Positions 13,195-26,382 of a DNA stretch of 64,000 nucleotides are shown in pieces. Position 1 is the first letter of the stretch. The number at the start of each line of letters is the position of its first letter. Location: positions 17,298,001 through 17,362,000 of the forward strand of contig NC_135891.1 of the NCBI RefSeq assembly GCF_964194155.1, given 5' to 3'. The stretch comes from Cetorhinus maximus. Taxonomy: Eukaryota. The notes below the pieces were generated by a model. It searched no databases. It worked only from the letters and a program-made list of their open reading frames with translations, and was not told the origin of the DNA. Both the position numbers and the translations under genes were made by a program.

Positions 13195-13955
13195 GATAAA
13201 AAAAAGGAAAGACTTGCATTTATATAGTGCCTTTCATGACCACTGGCTGTCCCAAAGCACTTTGCAGTCAACGAAGTACTTATTGACATGTAGTCACTGT
13301 TGTAATGTAGAAATGCGTGCAGCAAGCCAACAAGCAGCAACGTGATAATGACCAGATAATTTGTTTTTGTGTTGTTAATTGAGGACACTGGGGGCAACTC
13401 CCCTTATTTTCATTGAGAAAATGCCATGGGATATCTTACATCCCCCTTTTTATTTCTTTATTCATCCATGTAGGTGTTGCTGGCAAGGTCAGCATTTGTT
13501 GCCCATCCCTAATTACCCTTGAACTTAGTGGCTTGCTTGGCCATTTTAGAGGGTAGTTAAAAGTTAACCACATTGCTGTGGATCTGGAGTCGCATGTCAG
13601 CCAGACCGGGTAAGGAAAGCAGATTTCCTTCCCTAAAGGACATTAGTGAACCAGATGGTTTTTTTACAACAATAGTTGTAAACAACTGATAGTTGTCAGG
13701 GTCACCATTACTGAGACTAGCTTTATATCCCAGATTTATTAATTGAATTTAAATTCCACTAACTGCAGTGGTGGGATTTGAACCCATGTCCCCAGAACAT
13801 TAGCCTGAACTTGAGAAGTCAGACAGGGCCTTGATTTAACATCTTATCCAAAGGATCGCACCTCCAATGTTGTAACACTCTCTCAACAGTGCAATGGAGC
13901 ATCAGCCTTGATTTTGGTGCTCAAGTCCAGGAGTGGGGACTTGAACCCACAGCCT
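13195..13955 (-). mobile_element. tRNA-derived (Deu/SacSINE-like) SINE with a second SINE nested at ~13446-13810
   Basis: Homologous to the copy at ~14610-15010; B-box-like GGGTTCAAG on the minus strand; the nested element matches 61549-61912. Confidence 0.65.
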
Positions 13956-14609
13956 TATATTGCATATTTATAGATTCATTTATCACATTTGTTAAATGCA
14001 CAATCCTTGATTAGCTTGCAGTCTCTTGACAAATGGCAAAACCGCTTCTCAATGGTTATGCTGTCCTGGTGCTGACCTGTTATTAAGGTTCTTTCCAAAA
14101 CTCCATTCAGTTATGGATCTCTTGATTTGTGAAATGATTACTGTAATGCAGTTGTGGGATTATATCTTATTTCTATCCAGGATTTGAAGATCAAAAAGAA
14201 AGTGGGATTAGCTGAGACACATATTTAATAATAGTTTCTCTGTGAATAACATTGTTGGACAACCTCTGTGCTCGTCTGTTTTTTTTAAGTGAATTGTCTT
14301 TGTCTTGGTTTGAATAGATTCTTTACAATCCTTAGATTGAGTTGAAGTTCCAGAATTAGTAGAAGTCTGGTTGAACTAGTAAAGTATTTATTCAGTACTG
14401 ATTTTAAAGGGCTTACTCTGGGTTTAATAATATGCAAAGATTTTGAATGAACCAATGTGTGGTTATAATCCACTAACCAGATGCCAATTTATAAAAAATT
14501 CAAACTTGCTGTAAATAAAAATGGGCTCTCTGTGGAAATATATTAATTGAATGCTTTTGTTTAAAATTAAAGAGCACATTTTATAAACAAAAACATGAAA
14601 AATGATTAA

Positions 14610-15010
14610 AGAAAGAACCTGCATTTATAAAGCGTGACCTCTGAATGCCCCAGAATACTTAAAGCCAATGATGTGTAGGCACTGTTATAATGTAAGAAAC
14701 ACAGCAATCGATTTGCGCACAGCAAACTCCCAAAAACAGCAACAAAATAAATGGCCAAATCATCTATTTTTAGTTGGTGATGGAGGAGTAAATGTTGGAC
14801 AGGACACCCCGAGAAAATTCCTGTTATTCTTCAAATAGTGCTGTGGGATCTTTTACATCAACCTGGGAGAGTAGGGAGCGCCTTGGTTTAACATCTAAAC
14901 CGAAAGCCTGTACCAGCGATCCTGCAGCATTAAAACAGTGTCAACCTAAATCTGGACTGGGGCTTATGACCACAGCCTTCTGATTCAGAGCCAAGAGCCA
15001 TGGCTGAAGA
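14610..15010 (-). mobile_element. tRNA-derived SINE (same family as 13195-13955)
   Basis: Shared blocks aaagaacctgcatttata..., cactgttataatgta..., gggatcttttacat, ggtttaacatct. Confidence 0.6.
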
Positions 15011-16311
15011 ATTTTCATGTTCAACATTTGTTTTTATGCTCATGAAGAGGAGCAGCTTTGGCTAGAGGCAGGTTATCAAATTCTAATGTATTAATGAAAA
15101 CCTCAGGTGATTCCACTTCCTACACTAGGCATTCACTTGGTTGCTCTGAATGAAATTTGCAATTCATGAAAAATCCTCGACCGTTTTATGCTGTGTTACA
15201 AGCACTAAGAACTGCCTGGGTTAAGACGGCCTCAACCCATTTTCCATCTAATGAGTGAAAGTTTCAGCCCAGTAGGTTAGAAACTATTGGCCCACATTTT
15301 GCATGCTAAGGCACTCACCGCTGACCTAGAAGAAAGTTGCTGAAAAAGATTTAGCAATCCACGAAGTATTGGGTTGTAATTTTCAAATGTTTAATTGTGC
15401 TGACAATTATAGAGGATTTCTAATGTCCAGCAACAGTGAAGCCATCGAACAGGCTAAGCAGCCAGTCACATCAAAGAATTCTTACAGACAGCAAGCCAGA
15501 AAATAACAAGCAGGTTTTATTATTTACTTTTTATAATTTTACAGAAAGCAAAATAAAAATTGAGACATAGAGATGGCATTAAGGTATATTATGATTTAGG
15601 AAATATCATGAACTAAAAATGCTTAATAAATCTATGGAATTTTTAGCACAGACTGGAGAAATTTGACAATCCACAAATATAAAATTAGCTTTTCAGGGCT
15701 GAAGAGGTTGTTCAATACTAATTATGAACATTATAAATGAGGTGTAACTGGCTTTTTAACAAGGTATAACTTTTTCAAGGATTTTCACAATGCGATTAAT
15801 AGCTTAAAAAGAGGAAGTTCACATCAAATCAGTAAATTCTAATTCATTGTCATCTTTGAGATCTTCAAATGCACATCTTCCAGAAGAGCAGGCCTATCGC
15901 TGACAGCAACTTCTGGATTTTCGAGTTTAACTACACCTGTGAAGGCGCCAGAAATTGCTGTCAGTTTCACAGGGAAATGACAACGAATGTTGACCAATTT
16001 GCCATCACTACAACTGCACATTAGCTGGGCATTTGTTTTTAAACTGAGTCACTTATTTATCTTCTCCAGCTTGCAATTTAATGTTTTACAGTTTCAAAAG
16101 ACTCCTAACTCTATGGATAGTACAGGACGCTTCCAACTACCCGATTTTTGTGTTGTGCCCTCCACCACTAAGCAATTTAACCTCACTCTATGAATGATCC
16201 AATGATGGTTTGAGAACCTGACCACCAATTATTTCAACTATCAGTGCAGCTGAGATAATTAGAAATGGGCTTGGCGGGTGTAACTGGGAATTGATAAGTT
16301 GCATGATTAAT

Positions 16312-17034
16312 TGTCGGAATTTTCTATGCCCCTCCCAGAAGCCGGCTGGAAGGTGGCGGCAGGGGGAAATTGGGTGGCAGGGTGTGGGCACCCGGACCTT
16401 TGCCTACCCACCACCACTGGTAGGCAGGGTAGGTGTTGTGCAGCCCACTTGTCCATGGGCCAATTGAGATCACTTAAGGACCCCCTCCTGCCACCGCTGA
16501 TATTTTACCAGTGGCAGGTAGGGGTGCCCATGCCACATGGCAGGGCTGCTAGGTAAACCCTGGCAGTCTGGATGTGGGCGCAGAGTGGGGGTGGATCCTT
16601 CCTGTTCAGACACTCTGTGCACAACAGAGACCCTCCCCTCCCTACCATACCTCACCCCCACCCCACCAATGGCGATTGCTGCCCCAGCTTGTCCACCTCC
16701 CTGGCCTCCCAATTGTGGCCGCCAACCACCTTTTTGAGCCTGTTTGACTGGCAAAACCACCCCACCTACCAGGCAGTCCAGCCTCTATGTTGTGCTTCTT
16801 GGTTGTCTGCAGTCCCAGCAGTGGCCACCACTCCTGGGGGCGCTGCTGGGCCGTGACAGCTGCCAGTCATCTGCTTAGTTGGCGGCTCTTGGAGTTGGAG
16901 CATCTTCCCAGATTGGGGGTGGGGTGGAAGCCATGTCCTGAGCCAGATGGCCATAAAATCAGGCTTCCCTGCCCTGCAGATGTGGGCTCACCAGCTGACG
17001 GGCAGGCCCACTGCCTTCGCAAAAAATTCCAGCC
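16312..17034. mobile_element. GC-rich Harbinger-type MITE
   Basis: Termini TGTCGGAATTTT ... AAAAAATTCCAGCC resemble the GGGCTGGA(A)TTTT TIR seen in other MITEs here. Confidence 0.55.
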
Positions 17035-18551
17035 AATATTCACATTTATCAAAATGGAAAAAATATTTATGTGGGAAATAATACACAATGCTCAAATTGA
17101 TTTGAGGATTTAGTTTGAGGCTCTGCCTGGAAATGTGTGCCAGTTAAATAAACTGAGTCACTTCTCAATTCCTGGTTTCCTTTATTCAGGTCGTTCTGGT
17201 CAAAGAGGGCATTAGATCACTGTATCGAGTACTTGTAAACTAAATATGTTTTGAACTGATGGAAAAAGTTGCCATTCATCAATAAAGTGTGGAAAGATTT
17301 ATTGTACCTAGGCCATAAAGCAAACATTGTACTTTTCCATATCTTGATGGTCATAATCTTTGGTGCAATGCTACACATGTCAGCAAGCATATGTTTCATT
17401 GTTTGATATATGGATCAGAGTAGAATGATAATGAAGAGTTAGATACAGTGTTTATACATCTATGCAAAGAAAATATGAGGATCATAAGGGCTAACAATTT
17501 AAACCTCCCTTCCCACACATCCGCTTCTAATTTTCTTATGAGGTTGTTGACTTATGATGATGTAGAGCTTCATGCCCTTAGGCCCAGTCTAACCCAAGGC
17601 AATGAACACCTGCAAGTTGATAGTGTGGTGGGGCTGGTTGGTGTATAGCTGCTGAACCTGATCCTATTCACACATGCATTTTCTAGCAGAAAAAACAAAA
17701 ATACCTGGAAAAACTCAGCAGGTCTAGGATTACTGGATAGAAGTAGGAACCCTGTCTTTTCTTATTATCCTTCTCCAGCCTGTGACACAGAGGCCAATTG
17801 TTTCATCCTTGCCACTGTCCTTCCTGGCCGAGATTGGCTAATCTGGGATAGAGTGGGGGCGAGCCCTGAGCCATCCCTGGTCTACCTGAGTGCTACACTA
17901 GTTAGCATATTTACCAGTAGTTCTGTTGGTTTCTAATTGGAGCAGGATTGAACATAGTATTCTTGAGCATGTAATCTACTTCCAACAAACTTCAGGGCAG
18001 TAACTGAGGAACTGCTGCATTGTTGGAGGTGCAACCTTTTTGGATGAACTGATGTATTCTACCTGCTCAGGTTGATTTAAAGGATCATCTGGCACTATTT
18101 AGAGAACAAAAAATAATGTTTCTCCTTCGACCACCCTATCAACAAAAGACAGAAAATCTGCTCAGTCATTCACTTCCTCTGTGTGGGACCCTGTTGTGCA
18201 TTTGTCTACATAGAACCATGACTGCACTTTAGAAAATAAATCCTTTCGATGTGAAGTGTTTTGGGATGTCTTGAGAATGTGATACATTGCTATATAAATG
18301 CAAATTTATTTTACTTTTTCCATGTGAATGTAATATTTCCTTTCCTCTGCTGTGATATCATCTCCTCAGGGGAAGAACATCATAACTACTTATAGAATAG
18401 AATAACTGGTGTGGTGATCTTCCAAGACACCGTAAAGTAACAACATCTCTTCCTTTTAAAGTAAAGGATTTTGAGGTCTTTACCAGACTTTTCTTTAAAA
18501 ATACAATTATTAATTGTATTTTTTTTTCCTTCTGACATTCCTTTTGCTTAG

Positions 18552-18696
18552 CCGCCTTCCCAAAACCTGTCCATGGGACCAGGAGGAATGAATCTCTCTG
18601 GATCAAATCAAGCTTTACATTCACAAAATGTTCCTAATGACACCATGGGAGGAGGTATTCCCCCTTCCCCACTGATGCAGAGCCAGATGAGCAATG
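18552..18696 (+). CDS. SS18L1: SS18L1 exon 4
   Basis: gcttag|PPSQNLSMGPGGMNLSGSNQALHSQNVPNDTMGGGIPPSPLMQSQMSN(G)|gtaggt; 145 nt; phase 0-1. Confidence 0.92.
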
Positions 18697-18919
18697 GTAG
18701 GTTCCAACAGTGCTAAACTGTACCAGTGTTCCTTATTTAATATATGACAATGTTAAGATATCGGGATCTGCTAGATTGTAAGCCTGAAAATGGTAGAATT
18801 CAGGCTAGCTTTATGTCTGGCACATGGATTTAACAAAAGCACATCACCTACTGGTGTAGAAGCTCACAAAAGCTTTGATCCAAATTCTGAATGAAAAATG
18901 CAGATAAATGATAATAAAA

Positions 18920-19125
18920 GCAAACTTCTGCGGATGTCGGAGATCTGAAATAAAAACAGAAAGCTCTGGAAAAACTCAGCAGGTTTGGCAGCTGAGAGAG
19001 AGAAACAGCATTAACGTCTCGAATCTAAAATGACTCATCTTCAGAGCTTGGACTTGAAACATTAACTTTGTTCTTCTCGCCACAGATGCTGTCAGACCTG
19101 CTGAGTTTTTCCAGCACTTTCTGTA
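18920..19125. repeat. Diverged palindromic (Penelope-like) repeat, same family as 59900-60123
   Basis: CTGGAAAAACTCAGCAGG... inverted as ...CCTGCTGAGTTTTTCCAG. Confidence 0.7.
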
Positions 19126-19430
19126 GATAAGTGGTGAATGCCTTACCATACTTTTCACAGATAAAGGGCAGATTTTAATAGACTTCCATGAGTTAAATTA
19201 AAGCAATGTTCCTCATAATATTGTTCATTTTTGCCTTTTATTTCTCCTTTTCAGAAGAGACTGATTCATGTTGTAGTATGATTCCAGGGCAGGAATAACT
19301 CTCTGCTACTTTATGAAGGTCACCTTCATTCATGCTGCCAACAGGCTAACCAATGCCCTGCCCCAGCACCCATGCCTGCTCCTCTAGCTGTGGTAACTGG
19401 GTGATGATTAACAGGAGAAATTTTGACCAT

Positions 19431-19930
19431 GGGCTGAATATTACCAGCCCCCAGGAGGAGGGCTGGAAGGCAGGGGGCTAATAAAATTGTGCGGAGCTGG
19501 GTTGAATAGGCTCCTGGATGCAGTCCTGCTGTCGGGGCATTTTACCCACATGGGAATGGAAGTTAATTAAATGGCAAATTAAGGGCTACTTTACTGTGCC
19601 ATTGGCTTTTTACCAACACCAGGTCAACCCCCTTGCCATGTGAGGAAAACCGGCAGCTAAATGGAGGTGGCCTCCTTGCGGTAGCCTGCGGGGAGGGTGT
19701 AGGGGAAGGTTTTATGCTGTGAAGAGAGGGCTACAGGCAGGGAAGGCAGTCCCTGCACCGCAAACATATTCCCGGAGGCGCTTCCCCTCCTGCGCTCAGC
19801 ACTCCCTCAATTTTAAGTTTTGTCTTTGTCTACCTGCTGTAGGCTGCTGGTTCCCTGCCTGCATCGGCAGTGACCGCTGCTCCTGGTGGTGCGGCTGAAC
19901 TGCCAGTCCTCTGTGGATTCAGAATTCTCA
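19431..19930. mobile_element. Harbinger-type MITE (degraded)
   Basis: Starts GGGCTGAATATT; GC-rich body similar to the elements at 16312 and 60409. Right end uncertain. Confidence 0.45.
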
Positions 19931-22096
19931 GCTGTTAGATAGTGGGCTTTCTTTATAAAAGGCCCATTATCTAATGGAGTTTAAAATGAAAGATGCTGTT
20001 ACTCTGAATTAACGGTTATTCCCTCTCCTCCCCAAAAATAACATTTTTCTTGCAAAAAATGGTTTATTTTCTTTCTCACTACATCTTCACTGTTGTTTCC
20101 TCAACATGCAAAGCAAAGTCTTGGTATCCACTCAGAGCTTCATGTCTATTGCTGTTGCCGATGATTGACTAACAGCAGATGGGTCTTGTTTCCCCCCCCC
20201 ATGGGAGTCTTTATCTTCCTGTGGATGACATTGTTGCTTCCACCTAAATTTTGAGCAACAGTTTGACTGGCAATTGAACACGGATGATTCTATGTGTCAA
20301 CTAATGAGGCCATTTTCAATATGTTTCCTTCACCCCAAATATAATTTAAATAACAGACAGCATGCAGGTACTGCCAGCAGCAGTTGGCAATTGTGGTATC
20401 TATATCACCCACCTGTATAAGCAATGACTAAAAAAAAAGTCTGTTTGCATGAAATCTGCTTATTTGGTGAGAGGCTGGGCATAATTTTAAAACACCGGTG
20501 GGCCTTCCCTGCATTGCTCAAGGTAAAAGTTGGAGGGTGAAATGAAAATGAGGTGGATTGGTAAGAAAGGAATTTGGGGTTTTGGTAAACAAGCAAAGGA
20601 TTTGGAACCAGGGAATGATTTTTAGTATATTAATATCTTCTTTCCAACAAGAGGACTTGCTATGGTATTGCTCATATTAAATCAAAGCATAGACGATCTA
20701 TCTCCCCTGTCTCTGCTATCTCCTTTGTGTTATGCCTCTTCTTTCAGTTTTTTTGTTTTCCCTTTCTGTTCAATCTCTTTTTAAAAAAAATCTTTCTTTC
20801 TCCTATACTTTTTCTGTGTCTATAAGTAACCTGTTTCCGCCCCCTCTTTCATTACTGAGAGATATAGGCTGTGGTAGGAGGAAAGGCCGAGTGAAGTCTG
20901 TAATCTGGTTTTGGAGAGTGGGGTCTGGGATGATGGGAGGTGATGCTACAAGGTATGGGAACAAAGTTGTAAGGCGGGTGCGAATCCACTATCCTTGTAT
21001 GACATTGTTGCTGCATGTTAACATCCCAGCTGCAATTTTCATCCCTTCATCGACCACACCTCTTGGCCATTTGGTAAGAACCTTGAAATGGGCAACCCCA
21101 GGAACCTACAAGAAACAGCCTGGAGTCTGTGTAAATGGGGTCCTATGATACAAATAGGACCCCGATGCAATTTTGAATTGCCAATGTGTGTGCCATGCAT
21201 GCTGTGCCCAATGGTACTTGATGAGTGACATAAACCTCCTTTAAAGGAACTGCTGTGGGCTGGTGGAATGGGAGAGGGGAGAGGTTTAGAAATGATTTTT
21301 GTGGAATACTCCCCCTGGCCCCAGATATTTAAGCTTAATTATTCTAGTCATCACCAACTTAACAGAAGTGGTCGGTTGAAAATTGACCACTCCCCCTTCC
21401 CCCTCCGCCCGCCCCCTTTTTTGGATCCCACCGTAACATTCTTCCTCTATCTCTTGATTGTAGTTACTGTGCTCAAAGTTGGATGATATATATTTGGAGA
21501 AGGGAACAAACTTTGGTGACATTACTGGCCTGAGCTCAATTTCCTTCTTTCCAGTTGGGGCCAGGGGTTAATTTTACTTCAGTGCAACTGTGTATGTTTT
21601 ATGAGATAAGGCATGTGATGGGCCTCACTAGCTCATCCATTTTAAAGCCACAGCTGGAGGTCTTTCGCCACAGTTCAGCTTGACTTAATTTAGGGATCCA
21701 GGTTCTTGGCCCTGGTCATTACTGTCTGTACTTTCTGTTCAATTTTAATTGGCACTGTTTGGGCCCTAAAGATCCTCCCCCCCCGCCCCCCCCCGCCATG
21801 AGGAGCTCATTCCATTGCACCAAAGGCTTTGCACGTATATACAGTTCCCACCACCTCAAACATTCTTGTTTAATCTGAGTGAGATTGCTAATTTATGATC
21901 GGTTTTGTGTCAAGGGCCTATCATTTTAATTTATGCATTTTCAGACAATTTATCATCTTGCAACTGAAATAGAAGGAAGACTTGGTTTAGGGGTTTTACA
22001 TGAGCATGGGTCACTGCGGTGTCTGCCAATCTATTGTATGACTCCAAAGGTTATCGGAACAAATCACTGTGACTGAATCTGGCTCTGTTTCTTTAG

Positions 22097-22297
22097 GACC
22101 TTCTCATGTTTCAGTGCAACAGTCAGGGCCAGCAACAATACCGAGTTCTTCAATGACCATGCCCGTAAATAACCATGGAAGTGCAGGTGGTTACAGTCAC
22201 TCTGTACCCTCATCACAAGGCATGCAGATGCAGGGTCAGAGCCAGTCGATGGCAAATTATGGATCCCGGACAAACATGAGCATGCAAAGCAGTCAAG
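22097..22297 (+). CDS. SS18L1: SS18L1 exon 5
   Basis: ctttag|GPSHVSVQQSGPATIPSSSMTMPVNNHGSAGGYSHSVPSSQ...RTNMSMQSSQ|gtaaac; 201 nt; phase 1-1. Confidence 0.92.
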
Positions 22298-24427
22298 GTA
22301 AACTTTCTAAAGATGCCATGCCATATTATTGAAATAAATAATTTTGGCATTGGTAATTTTTTGCGTTTCTGAGATATTGTTTAAAGTGCTTGTGAATTTA
22401 TTTGGTTAAGTTTAGTTCTCCCTTGAGCAGAATGCCAAAAAAAATCATGACTCTGAACAACTTCCTAAAATGGCCACCAATATACGTCAGCAGCTGGATA
22501 AGCATTTCTCCAGCTCTTTTCTTCTGCCCATGTCAACCAGTAACATGGCAATTTCAAAGTTTCACAATGTATAAATAGACATTAGAAGATTTGAAACTTG
22601 AATGCAACCATATGTCATTCAACAGTGAAGAGAGGCTTTATTTTTCTTATTTTCTTCCTGGCACTGATCTACAGGGTGGCAATCATTATCCGATTGTCAC
22701 TCCGCTGGAACTTTTCTACCCCTTGACGCTGCTCTGCATTTCTTGCCGGGTCTTCTGAGCTTGGCTTCTCCAGAAATGCAGAACACAGCGACCCTCGCAG
22801 AACCCCACCACAGCACTGTAGCCTCGAGGGGAAAACAAGACATGCCCCCTTATTACACCACTAGCTGCTGTACGGTAAGCTTAAATGTCAATTGGGAATG
22901 TTAATGAATGGGTGAATGAGTGAATGGTTAGGGTGGGTAGGTGGGTAAGGTAGGTGGGTAGGGTGGATAGGGTAGCAGGCGGGTGAGGTAGATAAATCAC
23001 TGTAGTAAAAACACATCTACATTACAATACAGAATCTAATAGTGACATTCAAAACATTTTACACTTAACCTTTCAGAACATTACAGACTCCTTAACAGGC
23101 TTTCCCCAGTGGTCACAAACCCTCCAAGGAGATGTGTTTATGTTAGGGCTTCCAAAATCCACACCAGCGCACAAAAATTGTGCACGGGAGGAGATTCAAT
23201 TTCGCTGTGGCCCTCATAATGGGGACGCTGATCTCAGAAGAGGTGTGTCTGTTTTGAACCCAAGGCCTTCCTGACCCATGAAAAGACCACATGAAAATGG
23301 TGTGGGGATGGGACGGCAGAGGAAAACTGGTTTTCCAGCAAAAAAAAACAAAGGTTGGGATTTTGTGTCCCAGCCGGCGTCAGGCGTGTTCTGTGGCGTC
23401 AGTGGACAATATGGTGCCATCACTTTCACGACGGCATGAAAACAGTTTGCAATCGTCTGCTCAGCCTACCAGTGGTGGGCCGCGTTTCCCGCCATCGGAT
23501 GTCGGGAACCTCATTGTAATATATCTTCATATCATTATTATACCTGCCTGCCGGAATCGTCCACCACCCCACCCACCCACTTCTGGATCGTCCGCCCACG
23601 TCGGCATGCTTTCCCGCCGACATGTTTCACAACAGGATATAAAAGGTGTGCACTTGATGGGCTGCACTTTGAGGGGAACTCAGAGGTGAGTACACAGTAA
23701 TGTTGCGCAGCGCTCACCAGGGTCGCCTGTTGGACTTCAAACTAGAGGTGTGTTGGGGGGTGCAGGGGCGGCAAGGGCAGCCCTGTGGTTGAATGTAGCG
23801 CACAAGCATTTGGGGCGGGGGGTAGGGTGGGTGAGGGAAGTGGCCATGCTTTAGGGACACCTTATATAAAGTCACCATTCCTCTGCTGGCTTCTCTGCCC
23901 ACTCAAGCAACGCAGAGGCATCAAAGTGCCACCAAGTGCTCCAGAGCTTTTCTCGCCTCGAGCACAGACTGCAAACTAATGAGCATTTTAGTGGACTGCA
24001 GAACAGTTGGATGACTGGGCACGTTGTACAATCTCCTTGCTAAAGCTGGCCATGGAGCAGTCACTGTTGGAGATGCTCACAGTCCTTTGCAATGTCAGCA
24101 TCCTGGTTTGGATTAGTTTCTCCCATGGTTCAAGCTAACAGTGCAGCCTTGCAGTGTGGGTTAGGAGAATTCCTGTGCCTGAGCTGAGAGCACAGCATGC
24201 AGTCCAATGGGCAAAGCTGCTGCCAATCAGTCAAGTGGAGTGGGGGCAGAGGTGGGTGGGTTTTGGGCAGCCATGCAGCACACTAATCTCTGGCCATCCA
24301 AGTGGTTGCCAGCGCTCTCTGGGAAGCGTTAAGGGGCCTTCACACTTAACTAGGACAGGTTCTTAGTACACCCATGCTAACCCACATGTCTCTCTCTTTC
24401 ATCCTGCAGGAGGAGTACATCAGGATC

Positions 24428-25663
24428 ATGGAGCTTGATGAATTAGCTGTATGTCTCGTGGCTTACAGAGAGCAAAGACGACGAAGGAGAGAGCGACTGA
24501 GGTTCCTGGCTGCGCAGAGAGAAGAGCAGGACCTTCTGGAAGAAGGGGCAGCTGGGGCTCCCGCACACTCTGCCGAAGAGCCACAGCGAGCCATCGCTGG
24601 TCGGTGTCTAGCGGCACCCAGGGTCTATAGATGTCGCCTTTCAACCCTACAGATAACCGAGAACCAGTGTCGCCGAAGACTCCGCATGCCTAGGGAACTG
24701 GTTGGTCACATTTGCCACCTGATGCGGGATTTGGCGCCATGGGGACATGGAGGACATCCATTGCCAGTGGCTTTGAAAGTGACAGCGATGCTTAATTTCT
24801 ACGCCAGTGGCTCTTTTCAGGACTCCATAGGTGGTCTCTGTGGGATATCACAAGCCTCCACCCACAAACGCATCCATGAAGTCATTGATGCCATCTTTGC
24901 GAGGGCACACAACTTTGTGCATTTCACCCAGAACCAGGACAGTCAGGATACGAGAGTGATTGGATTTGCCCAGATCTCGAGTTTCTCACAGGTGCAGGGT
25001 GCCATCAACTGCACCCACATGGCGCTCAGGCTTCTGTCACAACATGTGTTCAACTATATCAAATGCAAGGGATTCCATCTGCTGAATGTGCAGCTGGTGT
25101 GCGACCACCAGAAATGCATCCTGCAGGTGTGTGCATGGTTTCCAGGGAGTGTGCACGACTCCTACATTCTCAGTCGATGACAGATCCCTGATGTATTCCA
25201 GGGTCCACAGAAGCTGCAGGGATGACTCCTCGTGGACAAGGGCTACCCGCAGAGGACGTGGCTGATGACACCCGTGCGGCAGCCTCAGACTGCAGAAGAG
25301 CGAAGGCATAATGAGGCTCATGCTGCAACTCGCAACTTGGTGGAGCAGACCATTGGGATGCTGAAAATGAGGTTCTGGTGCCTGTACAGGTCTGGTGGAG
25401 CCCTGCAATACAGTCCACAGAGGATGTCATACATCATTGTCGTCTGCTGCGCCTTTTACAACCTGGCGCTGCAACGGGGAGAGGAGATGGAGGAGCTGCA
25501 CATTCCCTCCGATGAGAAGGACACTGACGGGGATGAGGATGAGGAGGTCCTTGAAGGCAGCAATGATGGGGATGAGGTCCTCGCACTGACCAGGCAAGGC
25601 AGGAGCGCCCGGGAGGCTCTCATAGCTGCAAGATTTGTGGACGATGACGACAACATGCAGTGA
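24428..25663 (+). pseudogene. Harbinger DDE transposase (HARBI1-like), inactivated
   Basis: HTH region (LNFYASGSFQ...GISQAS), GAINCTH (canonical GAIDCTH), NVQLVCD, PGSVHDS, DKGY, RNLVEQTIG, CCAFYN. ORFs 24374-25180 and 25232-25663 are in one frame, split by TGA stops at ~25178 and ~25223. Confidence 0.9.
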
Positions 25664-26382
25664 GGAGATACCATAGATCCTCACGTTGCATCTGTGAACG
25701 TTTGACTCCAGTCTGGCTTATGGCAGTGTACATACCCTCTGTGAGAATGCTCCTGTCATGGAGACAAACTGGAGGCCTTAATAGACACTTGATCGCAGGA
25801 AGATGGTGACAACATGCAGTGAGGACACTCCATTGATCTTCACATAGCCTCTGAGAATGTCTGACTCCTGTCTGGCCGAGGGCAGCTCGCTTGTGCTCTG
25901 TCATCAGGGTCATATCATGGAGATGCAGCCACGCAACTTTAGAAGCACCTGATCCTTTGTCAGCCTTCAGCACCTGACCTCTTCAGGAGCACAGCATCAC
26001 CGGTCACAGCTGCTGAAGAGATGGGGGCCAGCCCCACCTTAAAGGTGCTGAGAATGCACAGAGAGAATGACGGAACTCTGTGACGCCTGTCCACAACATT
26101 CTGGCAGTAATGACAACACCATCGAGGTGCAGGCATCAGTAATGTGTCCAGGGAGTGTGAGGCCAGACCATTACTTTAGTCTGAAGGCTGCACAAAGCAC
26201 AGGGAAGAGGCCTTGGACTGAGACACCTGCCTTTTATCTTGTGCAGAAAGGTTTCGCATCTGAGTGACAAGAACACTGCTCATCAGAACAAGGAGCCATA
26301 GGCAGGGAGACATTCTTGGGAGTTAATTGACGATATTTAACACTATGCACAAGTGATTTACACCTATGCCCAGGCTGCGCAA

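Noticed and set aside
15288-16030. Possible ancient DNA element or conserved non-coding block (similar impression at ~45300-46380 and ~62160-63100)
   Set aside because: No clear TIR, TSD or coding motif could be established by eye.
24374-25663. Possible domesticated HARBI1 gene
   Set aside because: In-frame stops, D-to-N catalytic change, and a neighbouring Myb gene with TIRs show it is a transposon copy.
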